Below the pieces are notes generated by a model. That model did not search any database and was not told the origin of the DNA. It saw only the letters and a list, made by a program, of their open reading frames with translations. Position numbers and translations under genes: made by a program. 42,300 bases of DNA from a virus. Taxonomy: Duplodnaviria > Heunggongvirae > Uroviricota > Caudoviricetes. This document shows, piece after piece, positions 1 to 8,803 of this stretch; positions within the stretch are counted from its first letter, which is position 1, and every line of letters starts with the position of its first letter. The stretch lies in IMG/VR virus record IMGVR_UViG_2778261297_000006, positions 1 to 42,300 of that record; one strand, written 5' to 3'.

Positions 1-1284
1 TTACTTCTTCGCCTCTGCAACCACTTTACTACCCACGCCGCGGTTATTGTATTCCCACATGCGGTTGTAGTTAGTGTCATTCAGATTGCGCTGTATTTCG
101 TCGTTATCATCTACGCTGCCGGTATTACCCGCAAACGGACGATTAGAGATCACCGCATCGGCCCACGGTTTAGCCGTGTTAAAACCTTCGTTGATGGCGC
201 TATCACGGATCACCACCTGACCGTTGGTATTGGCATCAACATCCAGCGAGCGGCCCAGTTGCGCCACACCATCACCGAAAGCATTGAAACGGCTGTTTAC
301 GGCGAGGAAACCGTAGTAAATGTTGGACAGCGTAGCCGGTGCAAACACATACGCTTCTTGCTGAGTACGTGAGTTCACCACGCGGAATTCGGTGTTATCG
401 AACACCACTGCGCCGCGACCAGAAACGATATCCACATCCCCTTCAATGTAGCTGTTGGTCACCAGCGTACGCGGCTGACGATTCGTTTCCAGACGGTTCT
501 GCACACCGCTGTTGGTGACAAAGAAGGTGTTCTGACGACCGAGAATGTTAACGTTGTTAATCTGTACCTGGTCACCATCAGTACGCAGTGCCACCGCCGG
601 ATGGTTACCTGCATCTACGCTATCGCCCAGCGTGTTTTCGATGGTCAGATTTTGCAGTTGCAGGCCATTGTTTTGTGACCAGAAGACCGCAGAGCAGAGA
701 ACACCGATACTGTCGCTACGTTTGCTCTGGCAGCTATCGTACATATACCACGCTGGTTTACCTGGCATATATTTGCCGCGCGGGTTGACGTCGTGACGCC
801 AGTCGGCAGGGCTCATGCCACCATCAAGGGAAAGCCCAATCTTCACATCAATCGGTTTTTCACCTGTACCGTACAGAGTAATTCCACCCGGAGCGGCAGG
901 GACATATACCGTTCCCTGATACTCACCAGGCATCACGGCAATATACTGGCGCTTGTTGGTACGCTTGATAATTGCCGCATCTACCGCCGCCTGAATCGTG
1001 GTATGCGTTACACCTTGAGTGCCCGCCGGGCCGACAACAAATTCAGGTTGCGCAGGCAGGGTAATCGGGGAAGGATTCCACGCTGCAGCACCTGGTGTCA
1101 GGGATGCAAAATAGTGTTGAGCATCGAAATTCTGCGCTTCTTTTGCCGACAGAATCGGGCGAGAAGAGGTACCAGGCGCGGTTTGATCAGAAGGACGTTG
1201 ATCGGGCGGGGTTGAGCTACAGGCGGTCAGCGTCACGCCAAAAGCCAATGCCAGCGCCAGACGGGAAACTGAAAATGTGTTCAC
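1..1284 (-). CDS. ybhC: Host lipoprotein YbhC (pectinesterase-like / acyl-CoA thioesterase family), complete 427 aa
   Basis: Full-length minus-strand ORF with an N-terminal lipoprotein signal (lipobox LTAC) and beta-helix-like NxG-rich body. Recognised from memory as the gene flanking the lambda attB site in E. coli-type chromosomes; not searched. Confidence 0.8.
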   Translation of the reverse strand: MNTFSVSRLALALAFGVTLTACSSTPPDQRPSDQTAPGTSSRPILSAKEAQNFDAQHYFASLTPGAAAWNPSPITLPAQPEFVVGPAGTQGVTHTTIQAAVDAAIIKRTNKRQYIAVMPGEYQGTVYVPAAPGGITLYGTGEKPIDVKIGLSLDGGMSPADWRHDVNPRGKYMPGKPAWYMYDSCQSKRSDSIGVLCSAVFWSQNNGLQLQNLTIENTLGDSVDAGNHPAVALRTDGDQVQINNVNILGRQNTFFVTNSGVQNRLETNRQPRTLVTNSYIEGDVDIVSGRGAVVFDNTEFRVVNSRTQQEAYVFAPATLSNIYYGFLAVNSRFNAFGDGVAQLGRSLDVDANTNGQVVIRDSAINEGFNTAKPWADAVISNRPFAGNTGSVDDNDEIQRNLNDTNYNRMWEYNNRGVGSKVVAEAKK

Positions 1285-1330
1285 AGGTTGCTCCGGGCTA
1301 TGAAATAGAAAAATGAATCCGTTGAAGCCT

Positions 1331-1345
1331 GCTTTTTTATACTAA
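1331..1345. other. attL: attL core (lambda O sequence GCTTTTTTATACTAA); P'-arm Int/IHF site region extends to about 1420
   Basis: Exact 15-bp lambda core read at 1331..1345, followed by lambda-like P'-arm sequence (cagtcactatcagtcaaaataaaatcattatttg) directly upstream of the int stop. Confidence 0.85.
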
Positions 1346-1418
1346 GTTGTCATTATAAAAAAGCATTGCTTATCAATTTGTTGCAACGAACAGGTCACTA
1401 TCAGTCAAAATAAAATCA

Positions 1419-2489
1419 TTATTTGATTTCAATTTTGTCCCACTCCCTGCCTCTGTCATCACGATACTGTGATGCCATGGTGTCCGACTTATGCCCGAGA
1501 AGATGTTGAGCAAACTTATCGCTTATCTGCTTCTCATAGAGTCTTGCAGACAAACTGCGCAACTCGTGAAAGGTAGGCGGATCCCCTTCGAAGGAAAGAC
1601 CTGATGCTTTTCGTGCGCGCATAAAATACCTTGATACTGTGCCGGATGAAAGCGGTTCACGACGAGTAGATGCAATTATGGTTTCTCCGCCAAGAATCTC
1701 TTTGCATTTATCAAGTGTTTCCTTCATTGATATCCCGAGAGCATCAACATGCAATGTTGTAGGGATGGCAATTTTTACGCCTGTTTTGCTTTGCTCGACA
1801 TAAAGATATCCATCTACGATATCAGACCATTTCATTTCGCATAAATCCCCAACTCGCTGCCCGGTAACAACAGCCAGTTCCATTGCAAGTCTGAGCCAAC
1901 ATGGTGATGATTCTGCTGCTTGATAAATTTTCAGGTATTCGTCAGCCGTAAGTCTTGATCTCCTTACCTCTGATTTTGCTGCGCGAGTGGCAGCGACCGG
2001 GTTTGTTGTTATATGGCCTTCAGCTATTGCCTCTCGGAATGCATCGCTCAGTGTTGATCTGATTAACTTGGCTGACGCCGCTTTGCCCTCGTCTATGTAT
2101 CCATTGAGCATTGCCGCAATTTCTTTTGTGGTGATGTTTTCAAGTGGAGCATCAGGCAGACCCCTCCTTATTGCTTTAATTTTGCTCATGTAATTTATGA
2201 GTGTCTTCTGCTTGATTCCTCTGCTGGCGAGGATTTTTTCGTAGCGATCAAGCCATGAATGTAACGTAACAGAATTATCACTGTTGATTCTTGCTGTCAG
2301 AGGCTTGTGTTTGTGTCCTGAAAATAACTCAATGTTTGCCTGTATTGCTTCAGTAATTGCTATCCTCCTGTCTCTGCCTAATCCGAACTCTTTACCCGTC
2401 CTTGGGTCCCTGTAGCAGTAATATCCATTGTTTCTTATATAAAGGTTAGGGGGTAAATCCCGGCGCTCATGATTTCGCCTTCTTCCCAT
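1419..2489 (-). CDS. int: Tyrosine integrase, lambda Int type (356 aa)
   Basis: 356-aa ORF beginning MGRRRNHERRDLPPNLYIRNNGYYCYRDPRTGKEFGLG, ending next to the att core; matches lambda Int by recall. Confidence 0.95.
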   Translation of the reverse strand: MGRRRNHERRDLPPNLYIRNNGYYCYRDPRTGKEFGLGRDRRIAITEAIQANIELFSGHKHKPLTARINSDNSVTLHSWLDRYEKILASRGIKQKTLINYMSKIKAIRRGLPDAPLENITTKEIAAMLNGYIDEGKAASAKLIRSTLSDAFREAIAEGHITTNPVAATRAAKSEVRRSRLTADEYLKIYQAAESSPCWLRLAMELAVVTGQRVGDLCEMKWSDIVDGYLYVEQSKTGVKIAIPTTLHVDALGISMKETLDKCKEILGGETIIASTRREPLSSGTVSRYFMRARKASGLSFEGDPPTFHELRSLSARLYEKQISDKFAQHLLGHKSDTMASQYRDDRGREWDKIEIK

Positions 2490-2685
2490 TTCTGATCCTC
2501 TTCAAAAGGCTACCTGTTACTGGTCGATTTAAGTCAACCTTTACCGCTGATTCGTGGAACAGATACTCTCTTCCATCCTTAACCGGAGGTGGGAATATCC
2601 TGCATTCCCGAACCCATCGACGAACTGTTTCAAGGCTTCTTGGGCGTCGCTGGCGAGCGTTCCACTCCTGAAGTGTCAAGTACAT
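2467..2685 (-). CDS. xis: Excisionase Xis (72 aa)
   Basis: 72-aa ORF MYLTLQEWNARQRRPRSLETVRRW..., overlapping the int start as in lambda. Confidence 0.9.
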   Translation of the reverse strand: MYLTLQEWNARQRRPRSLETVRRWVRECRIFPPPVKDGREYLFHESAVKVDLNRPVTGSLLKRIRNGKKAKS

Positions 2686-2713
2686 CGCAAAGTCTCCGCA
2701 ATTACACGCAAGA

Positions 2714-2736
2714 AAAAACCGCCATCAGGCGGTTTG
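2714..2736 (-). terminator. Intrinsic terminator-like hairpin plus U-tract upstream of xis (minus strand)
   Basis: Stem aaaccgcc/ggcggttt with a 4-nt loop; the minus-strand transcript continues with a run of six U. The stop codon of the 55-aa ORF lies in the loop. Confidence 0.5.
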
Positions 2737-2892
2737 GTGTTCTTTCAGTTCTTCAATTCGAATATTGGTTACGTCTGCATGTGCTATCTGCGCCCATATC
2801 ATCCAGTGGTCATAGCAGTCGTTGAAGTCCTCTGCTTCGATAACCCTGTTGAATGGTTCTCCATTCCATTCACCTGTGACTCGGAAGTGCAT
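2725..2892 (-). CDS. Small hypothetical protein (55 aa), below the ORF-track size cutoff
   Basis: Hand-translated as MHFRVTGEWNGEPFNRVIEAEDFNDCYDHWMIWAQIAHADVTNIRIEELKEHQTA; GGAG Shine-Dalgarno 7 nt upstream of the ATG. Confidence 0.45.
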   Translation of the reverse strand: MHFRVTGEWNGEPFNRVIEAEDFNDCYDHWMIWAQIAHADVTNIRIEELKEHQTA

Positions 2893-3050
2893 TTATCATC
2901 TCCATAAAGCAAAACTCGCCGTAGCGAGTTCAGATAAAAGAAATCCCCGCGAGTGCGAGGATTGTTATTGTCTTTTCTTCGTGCATTTGTCGCACTTTCG
3001 GCACCATCCAGATAGGCACATCCGTCCGCAATTAACACATATAGGCCACA

Positions 3051-3332
3051 TCATTTTTCCTCTTTTGGTTTATGAATCTGAATGGTCATGCCGCTTTGAG
3101 TGGTGACTACAATGACAGAACCAGGCTGAAGACTGTTAAGATTGAATGCTTCGTAAAACGAATCCAAGGCCAGCGTTTTTTTATTCTTTCGGTTCCACCA
3201 ACGCCATCCCTTGCTACAGGCTACACTGACAATCCACTGCCCACTCCTGTAAGCCATATAAAACCAGATGAGCAAAACCTGAAGGAATGCTATCCAGTCA
3301 ATAATCGTATATTTCGCGAAGGAGTCCATCAC
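3051..3332 (-). CDS. Hypothetical small membrane protein (93 aa, one predicted TM helix)
   Basis: Hydrophobic segment IIDWIAFLQVLLIWFYMAY; its start overlaps the stop of the upstream gene (operon coupling). Confidence 0.5.
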   Translation of the reverse strand: MMDSFAKYTIIDWIAFLQVLLIWFYMAYRSGQWIVSVACSKGWRWWNRKNKKTLALDSFYEAFNLNSLQPGSVIVVTTQSGMTIQIHKPKEEK

Positions 3333-4564
3333 TTCACCTCCTGCTGCGGTGCTGCTGGCATTTCACGCCAGTGCGTAACTGAGTGCGGATCCGGATATTC
3401 GGTGCCATCATCCCAGCGATTGCCATTCCACATTGCAGACCACATCTCACCGTCTTCATACATGACCATTACCGGAATTAACTTATCCGGCATTCGCTCA
3501 CTACAGCTTATCCAAGCATCCGGAGTTACCGGAGAATTGCCACCCTGAACAGTAGGCATATCCGGACCTTTGCGAATCGCCCTGGCAAGATCGATTGGGT
3601 CGTCGTACAACCAGTCACCTGTTTGCGGATGATTGGCTTCTGCCAATTGTGCAGCCCACTCCAGGCCGTCTTTGTGTCCTTGCAGATAGTCCAGCGGCAA
3701 CTCATCACGATTACTTACGGGTTCGATTTGTTCGGAATTACCGGACAACTGCATGGTACCTTCATTGGTGAGGGTACCATCTGCACCCTGAAGCATGGCG
3801 GCGCGGCAGGCATACTCAACGCCCTTAACTGCATCTGCGCAGTAGTTATAGCGATTGCATTCCACTAATTTCCGTTTGAGTTTTTCAATTGCCTGCGCGA
3901 CATCAGCCTGTATTACAGGAACTGGCGGAACGGCTGTTTGCTCTCGAACGTCATTAGTCGCTATCGGTTCTGCTGCCAACTGACTGGCATATTTGTTAAT
4001 GGTAACGATAAGCTCTTGCTCAGCCTCATCCAGACAATCACCGATACCTCGCCTGTCACCGTCAAAATCATCGAAATCGGCACGAATCTTGGCAACCTTC
4101 AGGATTGCGGACAACACCTCACTAGGAATTACCGGATAGTTGGTTGACGTTTCCGCGATTTCCCGAAAATTATTGGTTGACGAATTCTTGTTTTCCCGAA
4201 AGTTTCCGGACTGAAGCATGGCGGCGCGGCAGGCGTTCCAGCCTCTCACCTCTGCAATAGCGGCAACAGCATCAACCGTGTACATGCTAAGAGGATTAGG
4301 CATTGGTTTTTCTTCCGGTACTACTGGAACGGGGGGAGCGGCGTAGACCTCAATAATTCCATTATCAATAGGCCATTCTCCATCCTTGAGGTAGTCACTT
4401 GTGCCGTCAACTTGCTGTTCTGCAATGTGGAATGCACCTATTGGTTTTGCTTCGAGCGATGCCAGCGCAATCCGTGCCAGTTCCATTTGTTCACCACGGG
4501 TAAGCCCGTTTTCAAGCGGATTTTTAATGAACAATTCAATACGTTCTTTGGTAATAGTGCTCAT
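3329..4564 (-). CDS. DUF551-type C-terminal domain protein (411 aa), ea-region hypothetical
   Basis: C-terminal block WISCSERMPDK...VTHWREMP resembles the DUF551 domain common in enterobacterial prophages (recall); contains an internal duplicated ACRAAMLQ module. Confidence 0.65.
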   Translation of the reverse strand: MSTITKERIELFIKNPLENGLTRGEQMELARIALASLEAKPIGAFHIAEQQVDGTSDYLKDGEWPIDNGIIEVYAAPPVPVVPEEKPMPNPLSMYTVDAVAAIAEVRGWNACRAAMLQSGNFRENKNSSTNNFREIAETSTNYPVIPSEVLSAILKVAKIRADFDDFDGDRRGIGDCLDEAEQELIVTINKYASQLAAEPIATNDVREQTAVPPVPVIQADVAQAIEKLKRKLVECNRYNYCADAVKGVEYACRAAMLQGADGTLTNEGTMQLSGNSEQIEPVSNRDELPLDYLQGHKDGLEWAAQLAEANHPQTGDWLYDDPIDLARAIRKGPDMPTVQGGNSPVTPDAWISCSERMPDKLIPVMVMYEDGEMWSAMWNGNRWDDGTEYPDPHSVTHWREMPAAPQQEVK

Positions 4565-4567
4565 GGG

Positions 4568-5002
4568 TTAGTCCTCACCTTTCTGTTGCACTACCGGAAC
4601 CGATAAATCGACGCACCAGGAGATAACGCCGAATTGATCATCGTTCTGCGCTTCACCCCAAACGTAATATTTTGATCCTGGCCGACCCATTGCCGGGTCA
4701 AATACTTCTATGCCGCGTTCTGCCGTTAACGACATCAGAATCTGATGCAGGCCGCCTTTGATGTTCAGTGACGGAACGGTCAGGAAGTAAATAAACCCGT
4801 AAAGCAATTCGGCCTTGCGCTGGCTTCCGTAAAAATACGGGATTTTGTAATAATCCAGCGCGTCGTCGAGCCAGTCTGTTTTGTCGTGGAATTTCTGATG
4901 CCAGCGTTCCACTACCTCATCGACAGGTTGACCGGCAACCATTGCAACGCAGGTAGCCATGCAGGTGTTAAATGTTGGCTGCATTTGATGTTGAAGCATC
5001 AC
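4568..5002 (-). CDS. Hypothetical protein (144 aa) with conserved Cys and His that could form a papain-like dyad
   Basis: Motifs FNTCMATCVAMVAG and GGLHQILM; assignment to a peptidase fold is speculative. Confidence 0.55.
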   Translation of the reverse strand: MMLQHQMQPTFNTCMATCVAMVAGQPVDEVVERWHQKFHDKTDWLDDALDYYKIPYFYGSQRKAELLYGFIYFLTVPSLNIKGGLHQILMSLTAERGIEVFDPAMGRPGSKYYVWGEAQNDDQFGVISWCVDLSVPVVQQKGED

Positions 5003-5373
5003 TCCCCCTTACCGATGCCAGCGGCGCTAAGCTTGGTATTCACATCACCTTCAAAAATAGGCAGTACACCAATTGCAGCGGCCCAGTTTTTAGCTAACTC
5101 AGGGTCAGATGTCTCGTCGGTGTAGTCTGATGCCCGCCACCCAATCAGTCGTTTCTGACCAGGAATGTCAGAGTTTCGCTTCTCCGTTGCTTGCTCTAGA
5201 GCATTAAGAAGTGTACGTATTTCATGCTGCTGAGTAGAGATGCTTGAGTCTTTGGCTTCCAGCTCATCAAGCAGCGCCAGCACATCCCGAGTGGGGACCA
5301 TAAAGTTCGGCATGAAGTTATCTTTTGCCTTTTCTGCTGTTAGGCGCAGCGCCTGTTTGTCGATGTTTCTCAT
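4999..5373 (-). CDS. Hypothetical protein (124 aa)
   Basis: ORF with ATGA start/stop overlap to both neighbours in the early-left operon. Confidence 0.55.
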   Translation of the reverse strand: MRNIDKQALRLTAEKAKDNFMPNFMVPTRDVLALLDELEAKDSSISTQQHEIRTLLNALEQATEKRNSDIPGQKRLIGWRASDYTDETSDPELAKNWAAAIGVLPIFEGDVNTKLSAAGIGKGE

Positions 5374-6107
5374 TGGGCGGCCTCCTGGCGGTCTATGCGT
5401 TCAATTTCAGCCAGAATAAGTGCGCCAGCTTTCACCAGGTCACGGCGTGGATTTGTCGGCTTCCACCATTCTGGTGTCCACGGCCAGCCAAATGGAATGC
5501 GGTTAAATGGATGGATGGCATTCAGTACGTAGCATGAGGATGCCCACAGTAACTGCGATTTGCTGTACTGGTCATCATGCTCAGGCGTCCATCCCTCAAC
5601 TGATTGATGGCGTTGACGCTCTGCAATTACTGACTGAACGGCATTGGATAGCGATTTCACACCCTGCGCACGCACTTCAGCCAGGAAAGCATCGGTGGCT
5701 GGGGTTTCTGGAATGGCGTCTGGAATAACCTCTGAGTAGACGCGTTCCATTGCCGACTCCCATCCGTAGTAACAAGCCGAATAGCCGTCGCGCTGGTAGC
5801 CGTGGTCTTCAACTCCACATCCCATGCCCTGGTCATGGTATTCAGGCTGATTGTCGGGATTAATGCAGTATTCAATGACCGACTTCATCCCCGCATTCTC
5901 CGCTGCCAGCGCAGTGCACTTGGCCTCAAGGTTATCAATCGTGATTCCAGCAGAACGACACTCCCGCAACGCCGTTTCCAGTTTTGATTCAAGTTCACCG
6001 AACTTACGGACAAGGTATTCAGCGTTTGTTTCGTTAACCTTTAAATCTCGTGGGATGCATTTACCTTTCAGAAAACCATCCATCTCAATTAGTGACATTT
6101 GTTTCAT
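5370..6107 (-). CDS. Hypothetical early-region protein (245 aa)
   Basis: Long ORF in the operon, start coupled to the upstream stop; no recognised domain. Confidence 0.6.
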   Translation of the reverse strand: MKQMSLIEMDGFLKGKCIPRDLKVNETNAEYLVRKFGELESKLETALRECRSAGITIDNLEAKCTALAAENAGMKSVIEYCINPDNQPEYHDQGMGCGVEDHGYQRDGYSACYYGWESAMERVYSEVIPDAIPETPATDAFLAEVRAQGVKSLSNAVQSVIAERQRHQSVEGWTPEHDDQYSKSQLLWASSCYVLNAIHPFNRIPFGWPWTPEWWKPTNPRRDLVKAGALILAEIERIDRQEAAQ

Positions 6108-6286
6108 TTTTTCCCACTCCGAAACATCGCATTCAGATATTTGTTTTGATTCACTGACGGAAAAGCATTTCTCTTAAGCAATTCCTCTCTCGATGGCATT
6201 GGCTTTACGCGCTGGCGAATAATCATTTCTGCCGGAAGAATGCCGGGATTGTATGCAAGTCCTCTCATGGTAAATTCCTCAGTCAT
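6104..6286 (-). CDS. Small hypothetical protein (about 60 aa); the track ORF 6104..6418 trimmed to an internal start
   Basis: The ATG at 6286 overlaps the stop of the upstream ORF (ATGACTGA); the longer N-terminal extension would overlap the neighbour out of frame. Confidence 0.4.
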   Translation of the reverse strand: MTEEFTMRGLAYNPGILPAEMIIRQRVKPMPSREELLKRNAFPSVNQNKYLNAMFRSGKK

Positions 6287-6572
6287 TACTGATAGCGCCA
6301 TAGCGTGAGCGGTAATTACGCAGGCGCGGGTCAATTTCAGGGAAGTGGGTATATGTGGCTTTGCGGAATGGTCGGATTGATGTCTGGTAAATTCGCTCGC
6401 GTTCTTCTTTCTCTGCAAGCCATATACAGTGACGAAATTCCTTTTCCTCTTTCGTTTCCTGCGGTAGCGACATTATCCGATCGTAGTTTTTTCTGAATTT
6501 ATCCAGCACCTCCGATACGGAATTGCCGGAACAGCGGCGCGCGTCGTCCGCACCATACAGAGGCGCTGGCAT
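6279..6572 (-). CDS. Hypothetical protein (97 aa)
   Basis: ORF in the early-left operon directly downstream of the HNH gene. Confidence 0.5.
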   Translation of the reverse strand: MPAPLYGADDARRCSGNSVSEVLDKFRKNYDRIMSLPQETKEEKEFRHCIWLAEKEERERIYQTSIRPFRKATYTHFPEIDPRLRNYRSRYGAISND

Positions 6573-6585
6573 GATTTTCTCCTGA

Positions 6586-7065
6586 TTAAATTGCGTGAAT
6601 AGCGTGACGAGGGAAGGGGAGAGTTACTGGTTCCTCGTCTGGGTAGATAGGTTTGTTATGTTTGTGCCACTCGACATGACATGACTTGCAGAGCCACATC
6701 ACATCGGTTGGTTTGCTGTAGTCGCAGTGGTGCGCCTGTGGTTTACATTCTGATCCGCAGCACTCACATTGTGGTGGTCGGATTAGCTTACCGTCGCGCA
6801 AAAAATTACCCACAATGATGTGGGCTTTTCTTTTCCATGGGTTGCTCTGAATGAACCGCTTTTTGGCTGCGTTACACCGTTCTCTTCCGCGTTCCGATGA
6901 TTGATATTCTCTCCTTGCTGATACTCGATGTGGCAATCCAGCGCGTTCTTTGTCGTATTCAGCCAGGCAAGCCCGGCAAGCGGCAGTTAATCCATCTCTG
7001 GATGCTCTTCTGATTTGAAAGTCCCTTTCTTCCTTCTGTTGATGGCATCTTGAGCAGACTTTCAT
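6586..7065 (-). CDS. HNH endonuclease (159 aa)
   Basis: Cys-rich zinc-binding motifs CSRCH, CECCG and CKSCH plus the HHCDY core typical of HNH nucleases; GGAG ribosome-binding site. Confidence 0.8.
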   Translation of the reverse strand: MKVCSRCHQQKEERDFQIRRASRDGLTAACRACLAEYDKERAGLPHRVSARREYQSSERGRERCNAAKKRFIQSNPWKRKAHIIVGNFLRDGKLIRPPQCECCGSECKPQAHHCDYSKPTDVMWLCKSCHVEWHKHNKPIYPDEEPVTLPFPRHAIHAI

Positions 7066-7074
7066 ATTCAGCTC

Positions 7075-7548
7075 CTAGAACGGAATATCCGAATCGTCGA
7101 AGTTCATAGGTGGTTCGCTGTGATTCCCATGCTGCTGAGATTGCTGTCTTTGTTGCTGGCCGTTATTTCGCTGAGGTGAAGACTGTTCATTGCCTCCTTG
7201 CTTGCCACCAAGCATTTGCATGGTTCCACCAACGCCCACGATGACTTCGGTAGTGAACCGATCCTGTCCGCTTTGATCCTGCCATTTTCTTGTCCGCAAT
7301 TTGCCTTCAAGATAAACCTCAGAGCCTTTTCGCAGATATTCGCTGGCAATTTCTGCCAGTTTCCCGTTCATTACCACGCGGTGCCACTCCGTCTGCTCCT
7401 TTTGCTCTCCAGTTTGCTTATCACGCCATTGTTCTGACGTAGCAACTGTAAGGTTTGCAAATGCCGTTCCTGATGGTGAATATCTGATTTCTGGATCATG
7501 CCCAAGGCGACCAATAATGATCACCTTATTTACGCCTCTGCTTGCCAT
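7075..7548 (-). CDS. ssb: Single-stranded DNA-binding protein (157 aa)
   Basis: N-terminus [23 protein letters not shown], Gln/Gly-rich linker and acidic C-terminal tail DSDIPF. Confidence 0.9.
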   Translation of the reverse strand: MASRGVNKVIIIGRLGHDPEIRYSPSGTAFANLTVATSEQWRDKQTGEQKEQTEWHRVVMNGKLAEIASEYLRKGSEVYLEGKLRTRKWQDQSGQDRFTTEVIVGVGGTMQMLGGKQGGNEQSSPQRNNGQQQRQQSQQHGNHSEPPMNFDDSDIPF

Positions 7549-8256
7549 TTATGCCGCCTGTTTTAGCTCGTTAACTCTGATGTTCATTACCTGAACGCAT
7601 TTAGCCTGCGCATCCTCATTGCCAGCCATTAATTGCCAGTCATGCTGATAACGCTCGATGAGTTTTTTCTTGTCAGTTTCTGTTGATGCATAATCGCTGA
7701 AGTCTTTCAGGATTTGTTCGCAGTCAACCGATGGAGATGTCTGGTTGGTATTTTCTGGTGATGGTTTGTTATCTGATGCTGGGATTGCCCATCCCGGCAG
7801 CGATGGAGGGAGCCAGTAAAATCCTGTTCCATCCTTCAGTTTTGCCCTGTGCCACCCCTGTTTTTTATCAAGAGATGTTTGTGCGAAACCTTCCTCAAGG
7901 TTATACAGATACCGACCGATTCCCCACTGTACGGCAGCGCGCTTCATTGCACCGGAACGACCACCTTTGACGGCTTCTACCTGCGTGTTTTCAGCAGCAT
8001 CCCATTTGGTTACCCATTCGGAATCAATCCTGATTGATATGCCGCATTCAACGCCGCCGTTGTTAGGAATATCGCGGTATTCATTGCGCCATCCTGCTTT
8101 GCCACAAACATCGTCCAGGCGTTTCATGATTGCCCGGTTCGTGACATAAGCCAGCACCATAGCCCACACTTTGCCATCGCGTGTTTTACCGCTTTGCTGT
8201 ATTCGCCATTCGATATCTTCAGGGCTGAATGGCTCATCGAATTTATTCAAATCCAT
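7549..8256 (-). CDS. erf: Single-strand annealing recombinase, Erf-like (235 aa)
   Basis: Sits immediately upstream of ssb and downstream of the kil/cIII-like genes, as erf does in P22; the C-terminal part resembles Erf by recall only. Confidence 0.6.
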   Translation of the reverse strand: MDLNKFDEPFSPEDIEWRIQQSGKTRDGKVWAMVLAYVTNRAIMKRLDDVCGKAGWRNEYRDIPNNGGVECGISIRIDSEWVTKWDAAENTQVEAVKGGRSGAMKRAAVQWGIGRYLYNLEEGFAQTSLDKKQGWHRAKLKDGTGFYWLPPSLPGWAIPASDNKPSPENTNQTSPSVDCEQILKDFSDYASTETDKKKLIERYQHDWQLMAGNEDAQAKCVQVMNIRVNELKQAA

Positions 8257-8355
8257 AAATCACCTCAGAATGGACATGGCCCAAGAAAATAACGCTGATT
8301 TAATACTTCGACTCGGGACAAATTAAGGCATACCCGCATTCCTTCGCGGTCGCCA

Positions 8356-8514
8356 TTATGTCGATACCAGAGAGCTTTTTGCGTGTACATGCGCCTCTGT
8401 AACTTGCTCTCCTTCACTGTGGTTGCAAGTGACATGAATATCTCCTTCGTTACCGATTAATTCTTTCATCTGACGAATGAATTCTTCGTCTGACCAGTTA
8501 TCTGTAAAACTCAT
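8356..8514 (-). CDS. Small protein (52 aa) at the position of P22 arf; below the track cutoff
   Basis: Hand-translated as MSFTDNWSDEEFIRQMKELIGNEGDIHVTCNHSEGEQVTEAHVHAKSSLVST; ATGA overlap with the kil-like stop. Confidence 0.3.
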   Translation of the reverse strand: MSFTDNWSDEEFIRQMKELIGNEGDIHVTCNHSEGEQVTEAHVHAKSSLVST

Positions 8515-8663
8515 TTCCTGCGATACCACGGAAGGTTGATAGCTGATTTCATTGCTTTATTTGCTTCAAGCCACATTTTGGAATCACCAATAAATCTGGC
8601 TATTACTGCTTTGTTTTGTGCAGCACGAAGCATCTGGTGATTGATGGCTATTTCATTGCGCAT
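8511..8663 (-). CDS. kil: Kil-like small protein (50 aa); below the track cutoff
   Basis: Hand-translated as MRNEIAINHQMLRAAQNKAVIARFIGDSKMW...; position just downstream of cIII and a FIGD-KM block recalled from lambda Kil. Confidence 0.4.
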   Translation of the reverse strand: MRNEIAINHQMLRAAQNKAVIARFIGDSKMWLEANKAMKSAINLPWYRRK

Positions 8664-8779
8664 AATAAGACCTCAACTCTTTTCCATCCGTCACGTAATT
8701 TACGGGTGATTCGTTCAAGTAAAGATTCATTTAGTTGGAAGGCACCCATGCGAGCGCCTCCCGCGATTGCGTAAATCAT
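8648..8779 (-). CDS. cIII: CIII-like protein (43 aa); below the track cutoff
   Basis: Hand-translated as MIYAIAGGARMGAFQLNESLLERITRKLRDGWKRVEVLLCAMK; the ESLLERITRKLRDGWKR core matches the lambda CIII signature by recall. Confidence 0.6.
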   Translation of the reverse strand: MIYAIAGGARMGAFQLNESLLERITRKLRDGWKRVEVLLCAMK

Positions 8780-8803
8780 GGGTGGTTCCTTATGTTGGTT
8801 TTA

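Noticed and set aside
545-1316. Several plus-strand ORFs of 66-140 aa
   Set aside because: All are antisense within the well-supported ybhC gene; typical shadow ORFs in a GC-rich coding region.
6287-6418. N-terminal 44 residues of the track ORF 6104..6418
   Set aside because: This part overlaps the upstream gene (6279..6572) in another frame; the internal ATG at 6286 overlapping the upstream stop is more consistent with operon coupling.
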